DNA of 64,000 bases, from the NCBI GenBank assembly GCA_038883655.1, contig JAVZLQ010000005.1, forward strand, positions 10,854 to 74,853. Direction: 5' to 3'. This DNA comes from Candidatus Bathyarchaeia archaeon (GTDB lineage: Archaea > Thermoproteota > Bathyarchaeia > Bathyarchaeales > Bathycorpusculaceae). Made by a program: the position numbers and the translations under genes. Below, in pieces: positions 38,718 to 48,049 of the stretch (position 1 is its first letter; the number at the start of each line of letters is the position of its first letter). The notes beneath the pieces were generated by a model. That model worked only from the letters and a program-made list of their open reading frames with translations. It did no database searches and had not been told where the DNA came from.

Positions 38718-38771
38718 TTAGGTTCGTACTGACTTGTTCTTAAGCTAAAAATGTTGCTCTCGTTGATGTAA

Positions 38772-38846
38772 TGGACGGGGCGGGATTTGAACCCGCGGCC
38801 TCCACGATGCCAACGTGGCGATCATTCCAGGCTGATCTACCCGCCC
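38772..38846 (-). tRNA. tRNA-Ala(GGC)
   Basis: CCACG-TT-GGC-AT-CGTGG; G3:U70 pair. Confidence 0.95.
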
Positions 38847-38889
38847 TTTTTCATGGTATTTCGTTTTTTGTTAGGCTATAAGTGTTTCC

Positions 38890-40305
38890 TTAGCCATAGT
38901 GAATATATTGTTGCATTAGTTTTTCGATTTTTTCTGGTTTTTCTGCAATGTTTTTCCATAAATCCTTATCTCTGTAAGCCCTTAATTTTTCAATTGTTTT
39001 TTTGATCAGTTTTTTGGGGAATACGCCGTTTGCTTCGTAAAGTTTTCTGTCCTTCAAGAGATTTTTGGCTGATTCATAGCATGATTTTGGCAGCATCTTA
39101 AGCCTCTTGCCTTTACCTTTCCCGTTTATGTGCAGTTTTTCAGCAGTTTTTAGGGCTTCCTCGGGGTTTTCTAAGGCGTGGTTTATGGCTACGACCATCC
39201 CAGCGAACAGTAGGAAGGCGTTTGCGAACGGGTCTGGTGCCCTGTACTCGATTGTTTTTCGGGTGTTTTCTATTTCAGTTTGCGTGTTTAGGAAGCCCCA
39301 CCATAATGGTATGCGTATTAATGCCAAGCGGTTTCTTTCGCTCCAGCAAATGTACATCGGCGATTCCCTTCGCGCAATAAAGCGCAGATATGAAATTGGC
39401 GTTGGGTTTCCAAAAGCCGTTAAGCTTGGCGTGAAGCTCAATAATCCACCAATAATTTTCAAGCCTTCTTCGCTGATGGCGCCATTTGGACTGGCAATTA
39501 CGTTAGAACCATTTTTAATTGCGCAGAAGTGGATGTGCATGCCGTTTCCAGCGTGTTCAAAGGATACTTTTGGGGAGAAGGAAACTGAAACTCCGTTCCT
39601 TGCACAAACGTTTCTAATAATCCACTTAGCAACCGCAATGTTTTCCGCCATATCCGCAAGGTCTTGCGGCAAAAACTCCACTTCGTGCTGCTCCATCAAC
39701 ACTCCATCCTTACGCCTCAACCATCCAACCTCGCTGTGCGCATATTTCGTTGCAACACCAACTTCAGAGAGCGTAACCAAAATCTCATCCCTTAAACCTT
39801 CAAAGCGCGAGAAGGGCGCGGATTCATGGTAATTTCTATCCGGCACATTTTGAAACTGTGCTTCGCTTGTCTCCCTCGCGATTATGTAAAATTCAAGTTC
39901 AGTCAGCGCCTTTACGCTGACTCCTCTCGATGATAATAGTCTCTCTTCTGCCCTTTTCAGGATAGTCTTTGGAGCTATATCCAGAGGTTTACCATTTTCA
40001 TCCAAATAATCGCATAAAATGTTCAGCGTAGGAGTGCTTGAGAAAGGGTTTATGAAGGCTTTTTTGATGTTTGGTTTTATGTAGATGTCGCTTTTCTCCG
40101 ATTCGATGAATGAGAACAAGTTTGAGCCGTCAACCCTTTCGCCGAACTCAAGTATCTGGGAAACTCTACTTTTATCTGATGCGTAGAAACTCAGCGTTTT
40201 AAGTCTGCCATCTTCTGGTATGTGGCACAAATTTAGAATTTTTATGCCTTTTTCGGCGATAAATTTGGCAATTTCCTCTTTTTCGGTAAAACTGATTTTC
40301 TGCAT
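38890..40305 (-). CDS. Glutamine synthetase family protein
   Basis: DGS, ELEF, HEVE, GNGMHIH, NRLALIRIP, IEYRAPD. Confidence 0.85.
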   Translation of the reverse strand: MQKISFTEKEEIAKFIAEKGIKILNLCHIPEDGRLKTLSFYASDKSRVSQILEFGERVDGSNLFSFIESEKSDIYIKPNIKKAFINPFSSTPTLNILCDYLDENGKPLDIAPKTILKRAEERLLSSRGVSVKALTELEFYIIARETSEAQFQNVPDRNYHESAPFSRFEGLRDEILVTLSEVGVATKYAHSEVGWLRRKDGVLMEQHEVEFLPQDLADMAENIAVAKWIIRNVCARNGVSVSFSPKVSFEHAGNGMHIHFCAIKNGSNVIASPNGAISEEGLKIIGGLLSFTPSLTAFGNPTPISYLRFIARRESPMYICWSERNRLALIRIPLWWGFLNTQTEIENTRKTIEYRAPDPFANAFLLFAGMVVAINHALENPEEALKTAEKLHINGKGKGKRLKMLPKSCYESAKNLLKDRKLYEANGVFPKKLIKKTIEKLRAYRDKDLWKNIAEKPEKIEKLMQQYIHYG

Positions 40306-40485
40306 TGAATATTCATCTCTGTTTCGGGTATTCTATTCATTATTAACTGATATTTTAACTCTCCCACAAAAGTTCACATTAGTAATAAGTAGGTGTAGCC
40401 TTTCACTAGGATATGTCTTAGGGATTCGCTATGTTTATTTATAAAGAACTTCATTTATAAGGTTGAAAAGCACGAGCAAGGATGA

Positions 40486-41043
40486 ATGTTAATGTCCAAG
40501 AAAAACCCAACGAAGGATGAAGCCCTAGAAGCCCTAGACTTTATAGTCAACGTTTTGAAGGAACATGAAAAGGATTTGGACAAGCTGATAAATGAGTTGG
40601 GTAACATAACCGAAAGATTAGGCGACACGGGCGAATTAAGCAGCAAAATCGAAAAGGTTGAAGAAAGGCTTACTACATTACAAAATGAAATAACAAACCT
40701 AATCACCTACTTATCAGCTCCACGCGAAACAGCACAAGTCCCAGCACAATCAGCAGAACAAAAAACAACAGTCGTGGAAGCCAAAGAGCTGCGCGGTCCA
40801 CCAGTGATTTTGCGTTGCAAACAATGGGAAGATTTTCAAACGTTAGCCCACCAAGCGCAGACGGTTTCATTCCTCTATCGAGAGGCTGAAAAAAGCTTCC
40901 AAGTTGACGCCCTAAAAAACAACCAAATAGTAACATACAGCGGCGAGTTACCAAAACCAACAGCACTGCTAAAGTCTTGGCTAGCTAAACAACTTGACAT
41001 TGACGAAAAGAAAATTTTAGAGGGCATATTAGCCATAGGCTAA
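40486..41043 (+). CDS. Hypothetical coiled-coil protein
   Basis: N-terminal heptads, globular C-terminus; TTTATAA box upstream. Confidence 0.7.
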   Translation: MLMSKKNPTKDEALEALDFIVNVLKEHEKDLDKLINELGNITERLGDTGELSSKIEKVEERLTTLQNEITNLITYLSAPRETAQVPAQSAEQKTTVVEAKELRGPPVILRCKQWEDFQTLAHQAQTVSFLYREAEKSFQVDALKNNQIVTYSGELPKPTALLKSWLAKQLDIDEKKILEGILAIG

Positions 41044-41102
41044 AGCCTCCAGTTTGTACGTTGCTGGTATTCAGCAAAGCTTTTATAAGAGAATTGTATC
41101 TT

Positions 41103-41248
41103 AAGTCTTACGATGAGACTTGGAGGGCTAGGGTTGAAGGCGAAACCAGCAGCCAAGAACTGTTTTTCCGTTTTTCGAAGCCTTCTCCTTTCTCCTCGAT
41201 GACGGAAATGGCTGCGTGGTTAGCCAACAAACAATGAAAGCCCTCCAA
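41103..41248 (+). ncRNA. Candidate structured RNA or 5' leader of unknown class
   Basis: Nested helices TTGGAGGGCT/AGCCCTCCAA, ACCA-GCAGCCA/TGGCTGC-G-TGGT, TTTCCGT/ACGGAAA; TTTATAA box upstream. Confidence 0.55.
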
Positions 41249-41263
41249 AAACGGTGAACAACA

Positions 41264-41410
41264 ATGGACGCGGATGAAAAGCACGCAAAGAAAATCCTTG
41301 AAGAATTTAAGCATTTTAAAATGGCGATGGAAGAGCTGCACTTTCTCAAGCAGATTTCGAACGACTTAAAGAGCTTTAGGGAAATGCTTACGCTTAAAAA
41401 GTATGATTGA
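41264..41410 (+). CDS. Small helical protein (48 aa, [48 protein letters not shown])
   Basis: Hand-translated; GGTGA RBS; below ORF-track cutoff. Confidence 0.55.
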   Translation: MDADEKHAKKILEEFKHFKMAMEELHFLKQISNDLKSFREMLTLKKYD

Positions 41411-41462
41411 TGTGGATGAATCCTTAAATATTTTCCATCCATATTCTCTTAGGCGAATTAGA

Positions 41463-42899
41463 ATGGCGCCTAAAGCAGCGGAAATATGGTTGTTTAATAC
41501 TCTAACGCGTAGGAAAGAAAGGTTCGTCCCAATAGAAAAGGGAAAAGTCAAAATGTACTGCTGCGGACCAACTGTTTACTGGTACGCGCACATCGGAAAT
41601 TTTCGCACATACATTTTTGAAGACTTGCTTAGACGAGTTTTTGAGTTTAACGGCTTCAAAGTAGAGCATGTGATGAATATCACTGATGTTGGACATTTAA
41701 CGTCGGACGCTGACACTGGCGAGGACAAAATTGAGGTGGGAGCGAAAAGGGAACGCAAAACTGCCTGGGAAATCGCTGAATTTTACACAAAAGCCTTCTT
41801 TGAAGATGCTGAAAAACTTAACATATTGAAACCGACGGTCATATGCAAGGCGACAGACCACATCCAAGACATGATAGCGCTCATTAAGAGGATTGAGGAG
41901 AATGGCTACACTTACATTATCGATACTGGAGTTTACTTTGACACTTCAAAGTTGAAGGATTATGGAATACTAACTGGAATGGACTTCAAGAGGCTAAATG
42001 AGTCGCTGAAGGCTGGAGCACGTGTGGAGTTTAACCCGCAAAAACGAAACATAACAGACTTTGGGCTTTGGCTCTTCTCACCGAAAGATAAGAAGAGGCA
42101 GATGGAATGGAACTCACCTTGGGGTGTCGGCTTTCCAGGATGGCACATAGAATGCAGCGCCATGAGCATGAAATATTTAGGCGAAAACTTCGACATACAT
42201 TGCGGCGGAATAGATCACATACCAATCCACCACACAAACGAAATTGCACAAGCAGAAGCGGCAACTGGAAAGAGGCTAGCCAACTATTGGATGCACGGAG
42301 CCTTTCTTGTCTTTGGTAAATCTGTACGCATGGCTAAATCGGCTGGAGAAATAATAACCGTCAAAAACTTGATTAAGGAAGGTTATGATCCACTTGCCTT
42401 TAGGTACTTGTGCCTGACAGCCCATTACAGATCGGAGCTTGTTTTCACTTGGGAAAGCATGGACGCGGCGCAAAAGGCTTTATCCACGTTGAGGGAGCAC
42501 ATGCGTAAATTTAAGGAAAGCTCTGAAGACGAAGTAAAAGAGACAGCAAAGGCTGATGAATACAGAAACGCCTTCCTGGAAGCCATAAACGACGACTTGA
42601 ACATGCCAAAAGCCCTTACAATAGTTTGGAAACTCGTGAGAGAGGAGAAAGACCTAAGCTACTGCGAAAAATATAAGCTGCTGCGCGAATTTGACAAGGT
42701 TTTATCCCTAGATTTGGAAAAGGAGGAGGTTTTGGAGAAGTTGCCAGAGGAGGCTGAAGTTCTCATTAGAAAGCGGGAGGAAGCTAGAAAAGCCAAAGAC
42801 TGGGAAACGGCTGATAGGATTAGAGAGCAGCTTAGAGCCATGGGCATAATTGTTGAGGACACGCCTCAAGGAGTAAAATGGCGAATAGAAAAGCGTTAG
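41463..42899 (+). CDS. cysS: Cysteine--tRNA ligase
   Basis: [29 protein letters not shown] (KMSKS-like). Confidence 0.95.
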   Translation: MAPKAAEIWLFNTLTRRKERFVPIEKGKVKMYCCGPTVYWYAHIGNFRTYIFEDLLRRVFEFNGFKVEHVMNITDVGHLTSDADTGEDKIEVGAKRERKTAWEIAEFYTKAFFEDAEKLNILKPTVICKATDHIQDMIALIKRIEENGYTYIIDTGVYFDTSKLKDYGILTGMDFKRLNESLKAGARVEFNPQKRNITDFGLWLFSPKDKKRQMEWNSPWGVGFPGWHIECSAMSMKYLGENFDIHCGGIDHIPIHHTNEIAQAEAATGKRLANYWMHGAFLVFGKSVRMAKSAGEIITVKNLIKEGYDPLAFRYLCLTAHYRSELVFTWESMDAAQKALSTLREHMRKFKESSEDEVKETAKADEYRNAFLEAINDDLNMPKALTIVWKLVREEKDLSYCEKYKLLREFDKVLSLDLEKEEVLEKLPEEAEVLIRKREEARKAKDWETADRIREQLRAMGIIVEDTPQGVKWRIEKR

Positions 42900-42904
42900 G
42901 GCGC

Positions 42905-43702
42905 TTACGCCTCAAACACGTTTTTTCCATGAAAATTCCACTCATCAGTCGCATATTTTTCTCTGCAAAGTTTTTCCGCTAACTCTTTTTCGTACGGCGT
43001 TAGTTCCTCTTCTATCAACTGTATTTTTAGTGTTTCTTGGAAACCGTCAATTAACGCCTTATACACCGTCTCAAGCGAGATGTTTTTTCCAAGTTCTGCC
43101 TTTATTGATGTTATCTTGTTTTTGGCTATGCCGACGATTTCCATGCACGTTTTCGCCCATGGCACTCTTAAAAAAGTGAACATCTTCTCCAAGTTTACGT
43201 CTAAAAGAATTGTACCATGCTGTAAAACTGTTCCAGTCTTATGGCATTGGGCGCTTCCAGAAATTTTTCGTCCAGCTATTGTTAGATTTGGGCATGCTCT
43301 GGCGTTTCCTTCATTAAAATCTGCTTTCAAGCCTAAAATCTGTAGGGCTTTAACTATTCCGCTGTAAATTTTTGTATAAACTTCAGATATGTCTTTAGCG
43401 CCTAGGTCTTCTTTGTTGGCGATTACGCTGTATGTGATTTCGCCTTCTGCATCGTGATAAACCGTGCCTCCGCCAGTTATTCGTCTAACAACGTCTACGC
43501 CGTGTTTGCGGCAGTTCTCCAAGTGAACTTCGTTGTTTATTTGCTGAAATTTTCCTATAGAAACTGCTGATGGATTCCATCTGTAGAAGCGCACCGTGTT
43601 AGGTACAAACCCATTTATCCTCGCGTTTAGTATAGCTTCGTCTATTGCCATGTTCGCGAAGGCGTTGTTAGTCTCGAGTTTTAATAGTCTCCATTGTCTC
43701 AT
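42905..43702 (-). CDS. Lipoate--protein ligase A family, catalytic domain
   Basis: NMAIDEA, RRITGGGTVYHD, RKISGSAQ, QHGT. Confidence 0.9.
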   Translation of the reverse strand: MRQWRLLKLETNNAFANMAIDEAILNARINGFVPNTVRFYRWNPSAVSIGKFQQINNEVHLENCRKHGVDVVRRITGGGTVYHDAEGEITYSVIANKEDLGAKDISEVYTKIYSGIVKALQILGLKADFNEGNARACPNLTIAGRKISGSAQCHKTGTVLQHGTILLDVNLEKMFTFLRVPWAKTCMEIVGIAKNKITSIKAELGKNISLETVYKALIDGFQETLKIQLIEEELTPYEKELAEKLCREKYATDEWNFHGKNVFEA

Positions 43703-43882
43703 TTCGAATAGGCTCCACGTTAAATTAGACTTGCTACTTTGGATTTTTGTTTTTTGCTGAAAGTGTATTTTTGGAGTTTTTTAAGCCAATAGGTGACTAG
43801 CCCCTCTAGGTTTTTGGTTTTGTGCCTCGTTCAGTTTAAATATTAGATGTGTGATTAGTCGTAGCGAGAGGAAAAGTGCGCT

Positions 43883-44323
43883 ATGGGTTCAAAATCCCCA
43901 AGAGGCGAGTTCGCCGCTAGAAAATTGGTCGAGAAGCGGAAGAAGTTCCGTTGGAGTAGCATGTACTATAAAAGGCGAATGCTGATGCTCGACGTGAAGG
44001 CGGACCCGCTTGAAGGCGCTCCGATGGCGAGGGGCATAGTCTTAGAAAAGGTTGGTGTTGAAAGCAAGCAGCCAAACAGCGCTATACGCAAATGCGTTAG
44101 AACCCAGCTAATAAAAAATGGCAGGGTCATAACGGCGTTTTTGCCTGGAGACGGCGCCCTAAACGTTGTTGACGAGCATGACGAGGTTGTTGTTGAAGGA
44201 ATCGGTGGCTCACGTGGGAGAAGCATGGGCGACATTCCAGGTGTGCGTTGGAAGGTCATAATGGTTAATGGCGTTTCGCTGAATGAGCTTGTTTATGGTA
44301 GAAAGCAGAAGCCTGCAAGGTGA
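43883..44323 (+). CDS. rps12: 30S ribosomal protein uS12
   Basis: [20 protein letters not shown]. Confidence 0.97.
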   Translation: MGSKSPRGEFAARKLVEKRKKFRWSSMYYKRRMLMLDVKADPLEGAPMARGIVLEKVGVESKQPNSAIRKCVRTQLIKNGRVITAFLPGDGALNVVDEHDEVVVEGIGGSRGRSMGDIPGVRWKVIMVNGVSLNELVYGRKQKPAR

Positions 44324-44913
44324 AATTTTTGAGTGAAAAGTCGGAAAAGCCTGAAATTAAACTTTTCAACAAGTGGAGTTTTAGAGACGTTCAAGTTAAG
44401 GACTTGGGATTGCAGAGGTACATATCGCTCAAGCCCATCGTTATCCCGCATAGCATGGGAAGACACGAGCACAAGCGCTTCCATAAGGCAAATGTGAACA
44501 TCGTTGAGAGACTTGTAAACAATCTCATGCGCCCCGGGAAAAATGCTGGTAAGAAGGCTAAGGCAATAAACATTGTTGAGCATGCCTTTGAAATAATTCA
44601 TTTGCGCACTGGCAGAAACCCTATAGAAGTGCTTGTTCGTGCTGTGGAGAACTCTGCGCCATGTGAAGATACGACGCGAATAAGCTATGGTGGCATAGTT
44701 TATCATTTGTCGGTTGATGTTTCGCCCCAAAGGAGAGTTGATTTGGCTTTGAGGTACATATGCGAGGGGGCAAGGCAAGCGGCTATGCATAACCCGCGCT
44801 CGATAGAAGAGTGCCTAGCGGAAGAGCTTATTTTGGCGGCGAATAACGACATGAAGAGCTATGCTGTTTCAAAACGCCACGAGCTTGAAAGAATAGCCAT
44901 GGCTTCAAGATAG
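44320..44913 (+). CDS. rps7: 30S ribosomal protein uS7
   Basis: [28 protein letters not shown]. Confidence 0.97.
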   Translation: MKFLSEKSEKPEIKLFNKWSFRDVQVKDLGLQRYISLKPIVIPHSMGRHEHKRFHKANVNIVERLVNNLMRPGKNAGKKAKAINIVEHAFEIIHLRTGRNPIEVLVRAVENSAPCEDTTRISYGGIVYHLSVDVSPQRRVDLALRYICEGARQAAMHNPRSIEECLAEELILAANNDMKSYAVSKRHELERIAMASR

Positions 44914-44923
44914 TTTTTTAACA

Positions 44924-46099
44924 CTACTTTGTATGGATTTCGACGATATCGCCATCTTCAAGCGTGAATGTGGCTCCAACTTTTTGTGGGCTAAATACCA
45001 AGCGTTTAGACCAGACCTTTGCAAATGAGAAGCGCTCGCTGAAGTCGCTGTGAATGTTTTTGGCTAAGTCGTAAACTGTTGCACCCTTCCGCAAAATGAA
45101 CGGTTTTTCTGAATGCGTTCTTTCATTTGGCTCTTTGGTGTAAACCCTTATGATGTCCAAAGCCTTAAACAAAGTTTCTCCAAGCTTTTCCAAGCCGTAT
45201 CGTTTTTCACATGAAACTGCAAGTATTGGCAGTTTACCGCTAACTTGGCTTTCCAGCAGCTTCAAATTGCTCTCCGCATCACTCTCATCAGCCTTATTTG
45301 CAATTATGATTGTTGGTTTATACACTGTGCTTTCAAAAACTGCATCTTCAACTTCATCCAAGGTCACTTCTCCAGAAATCTTAATAATTGCGTCTGTTAT
45401 GCGGTAGCTTTTTAGCAGTTCTTCAACATCCTTTAATGTGCAGTCAACAAGCCTTCCAACAAGGATTATACGCAAACCAACACCCATGTGCTTCTTCTCG
45501 ATTTCAACACGCCCCCTAGGCTTGAAAACAGATATTCGCGCTTTTTCCAACTCTCCCAGAATTGTCAAAAGCTGATTAACTGGGTCTTGCGACAAGTCAA
45601 TAACCAGAATTAAGCCGTCCGCATTGCGCGCTAAAGCTAGTGTTTGGAGACCCCAAGCTTTTCCGTCAGCAGAGCCCTCCATCAAAGCTGGGGCTTCTAT
45701 AATCTGGAATTGAATATCCTCATAATTCATTATTCCAGGGACAGGCTCCCTTGTGGTGTAGGGTGCAGGTGAAACTTCAACTTTCGCGTTTGTAACCGCT
45801 CTGAGTAGGCTGCTTTTGCCAGAATTTGTTAATCCCAGAAGGGCTATTTGGGCTGCACCTTCCTTTTCTATGAAAAATTTTGGTCCGCCTCGTCCAGTCT
45901 TCCTATGCTTTTTCTCTTCAATTTCCCTTCGTAGAACAGCCATTTGCTTCTTAACTTGGGCGCAAAGTTTAGCCGTGCCCTTATGCTTTGGAACCAAACT
46001 TAAAAATTCTTGCATGAGCTGGATTTTTTCTCTCGGGTTTCTTGCTGCCGAAACTTCAGCCCATTTGCGTTTGGCTTCAGCAGGCAAGTTTGTCGGCAT
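44924..46099 (-). CDS. DRG/OBG-family GTPase with TGS domain
   Basis: PKHKGT, GLTNSGKSS, YTT, NKAD, DGDIVEIH. Confidence 0.9.
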   Translation of the reverse strand: MPTNLPAEAKRKWAEVSAARNPREKIQLMQEFLSLVPKHKGTAKLCAQVKKQMAVLRREIEEKKHRKTGRGGPKFFIEKEGAAQIALLGLTNSGKSSLLRAVTNAKVEVSPAPYTTREPVPGIMNYEDIQFQIIEAPALMEGSADGKAWGLQTLALARNADGLILVIDLSQDPVNQLLTILGELEKARISVFKPRGRVEIEKKHMGVGLRIILVGRLVDCTLKDVEELLKSYRITDAIIKISGEVTLDEVEDAVFESTVYKPTIIIANKADESDAESNLKLLESQVSGKLPILAVSCEKRYGLEKLGETLFKALDIIRVYTKEPNERTHSEKPFILRKGATVYDLAKNIHSDFSERFSFAKVWSKRLVFSPQKVGATFTLEDGDIVEIHTK

Positions 46100-46203
46100 A
46101 AACTGTTCTCATCCGGAAGTGAATTTGGAAAATCAACGTTAAATCTTTTCCGTAAAATCGCAAACTTTTAAATCACACAAGTAGTGAATTTGTTTGTGGA
46201 AAA

Positions 46204-46488
46204 ATGAACGTTGTAAAGGTAGAAGGCAAAGACAATAGGCATAAGGTTTTCCTTTATGCCTTAAGCACTTGCGCCTGGTGCAAGCTCACCAAGCAGTTTC
46301 TTAAGGAAAATGGAATCGCGTATGAGTATGTGGATGTTGACCTTTGCAGCGAAGAGGACAAGGAAAAGATTAGGAATGACATCCTAGCAAGGGGCGGAAG
46401 CCTAAGCTATCCAGCAATAATCATCGACGACAAGATTTTGATTAACGGCTTTAGGAAGGACAAAATTAAAGAGGCTTTAGGAATTTGA
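46204..46488 (+). CDS. Glutaredoxin/NrdH-like redoxin
   Basis: CAWC motif, SYP, GF. Confidence 0.88.
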   Translation: MNVVKVEGKDNRHKVFLYALSTCAWCKLTKQFLKENGIAYEYVDVDLCSEEDKEKIRNDILARGGSLSYPAIIIDDKILINGFRKDKIKEALGI

Positions 46489-47024
46489 CAACACTTGAAG
46501 AAGTTAGGCGTAGAGCAGAAAGCGACGCGAAAACTCACGGTTACTACTTAAACCCGAACGAAGAATTCCTAAAAGAGCTTCTTGAAGGCTTAAAAAGAAA
46601 CGAGGAGCGCTATGGATACCCATCATGTCCATGCCGTCTCGCATCTGGAAAATTTGAGTTAGACAGAGACATAATCTGCCCATGCGACTACAGAAACGTA
46701 GACGTAGAAGAATTTGGAGCATGCTACTGCGCGCTCTACGTTAGAAAGGACGTTTTTGAGGGAAAAACTTCAATTTCGCCAGTTCCAGAACGCAGACCAA
46801 TAGAAAAGCAAGTTAAAGCGTATGGCTCGAGCACAGAAGTTGTTGCCGAAAAGCCTCACGAAGAACCAGTTGCGGAAGCGCACGGCGCCAAAATGAAGCT
46901 TTGGTACTGTAAACAGTGCGGTTACATTGTTTACCGTGAAGAGCCGCCGTACATTTGCCCAATCTGTAAGGCGAAAAGGGAGATGTTCGCCGAAATAAGG
47001 TTAAAAATTGATTTGATCGGCTGA
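46485..47024 (+). CDS. Ferredoxin:thioredoxin reductase catalytic-type subunit fused to rubredoxin-like domain
   Basis: CPC, CPC, CYC motifs; C-terminal CKQCG...CPIC. Confidence 0.88.
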   Translation: MTTLEEVRRRAESDAKTHGYYLNPNEEFLKELLEGLKRNEERYGYPSCPCRLASGKFELDRDIICPCDYRNVDVEEFGACYCALYVRKDVFEGKTSISPVPERRPIEKQVKAYGSSTEVVAEKPHEEPVAEAHGAKMKLWYCKQCGYIVYREEPPYICPICKAKREMFAEIRLKIDLIG

Positions 47025-47035
47025 CTGCACGCGTT

Positions 47036-47185
47036 TTACCTTGTCACTTTTATTTCTATTTGCTTCCAGTCCTTCTTTATTCCCCTTAACGACGTGACTG
47101 CGCCGACAATTGTCCCGCTTAAAATTTTTACTACAAACTCATTTAACGCTATTTCTTCGCCGTCAACAAGTAGCTTCGCATCCAA
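47036..47185 (-). CDS. Small protein resembling the MobB C-terminal domain (49 aa)
   Basis: Hand-translated LLVDGEEIALNEFVVKILSGTIVGAVTSLRG; GGAGGTGA RBS. Confidence 0.65.
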   Translation of the reverse strand: MDAKLLVDGEEIALNEFVVKILSGTIVGAVTSLRGIKKDWKQIEIKVTR

Positions 47186-47221
47186 CAATCTTCACCTCCA
47201 AACAAGCGTATAATCCGCCTT

Positions 47222-47821
47222 TCAATAAGTTTTCCCTTCTTGTTTCCGCATTTTGATTTGCTGAATAAAGTATGATAGGACAAGTATGAAGGCGACTATG
47301 GCGAAAACAACTGAAACCGAAATTATCAATATGTTGCTTGTTAAAGTGAATACCACTGAAATTGCCGCTAAGAATACGCCCATATAGAGGCTTGCGTTGC
47401 TGCGTAGGAAATGGCTGAACTCCGTTTGAATAACCTTCCTATACTTGTTGATTAGAAGCGCCATCGAAACTATAATTAGAAATGTGATTACAAAAGTGTA
47501 TGTGACGTCAGCCCAATAGGCATGCGCGCTAAGCGTAAGCAGAATCCCAACTTCGTCGCCTATTAGCCCGCCTCCAGCGCCGAAGAGAATAGCAGCCAAA
47601 CGGTCTACTTTTTCGCTTTGGTAGCTTATTCCAAGCCAGCCGCCCACCGCCAAAAGCGCTATACCATACCAGAAGTGGTGAATGTGGTACTCTCCACTTT
47701 CGAGTACTATGTCTGGATTAAGCGTTGTGAATGTTCGTGCTATTAGGAAAGAGACTATAAAGGAGGTTAAGGCTATTATTGAAAGGTTCGGTTTTTCCTT
47801 GATTTCTTCGCGCATAATCAT
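47222..47821 (-). CDS. Membrane protein (HIHHFWYG...DE motif)
   Basis: Multi-TM ORF. Confidence 0.7.
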   Translation of the reverse strand: MIMREEIKEKPNLSIIALTSFIVSFLIARTFTTLNPDIVLESGEYHIHHFWYGIALLAVGGWLGISYQSEKVDRLAAILFGAGGGLIGDEVGILLTLSAHAYWADVTYTFVITFLIIVSMALLINKYRKVIQTEFSHFLRSNASLYMGVFLAAISVVFTLTSNILIISVSVVFAIVAFILVLSYFIQQIKMRKQEGKTY

Positions 47822-48049
47822 GGCTTATACCAGTTCCAGAATAGCCCATGAGAACGCTCTTCATTTAAACTTTGCTAACAAAACAGATTAGGGAATAGTT
47901 TTCCATAAATTTTAAAAATACCTATGAAATTATTTCTGGAATAAGTCTTCGTTTCTGGCTTGTTAGTCCCGCGCTTTTAGGCGCATTGGGGAGGCTAATT
48001 AGTCGGATTCTGAAGGCTTAAAACACATAGATGAAGAAGGGCAAAGCAA

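Noticed and set aside
37951-39005. ORFs containing GFEP/GSNP-type peptides
   Set aside because: Translations of tRNA genes with no integrase-like context
41120-41248. SECIS, T-box, SRP or RNase P identity for the hairpin
   Set aside because: No in-frame UGA selenoprotein seen nearby, no T-box antiterminator sequence, and no SRP or RNase P conserved motifs
43883-44913. rps12-rps7 without neighbouring elongation-factor genes
   Set aside because: Break-up of this cluster is common in archaea
46204-47024. Glutaredoxin + FTR-rubredoxin fusion as a novel redox system
   Set aside because: Matches the described ferredoxin:disulfide reductase architecture of methanogens
47963-47998. Imperfect GC-rich hairpin upstream of the second beta-helix gene
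   Set aside because: Short and irregular; insufficient support without comparative data
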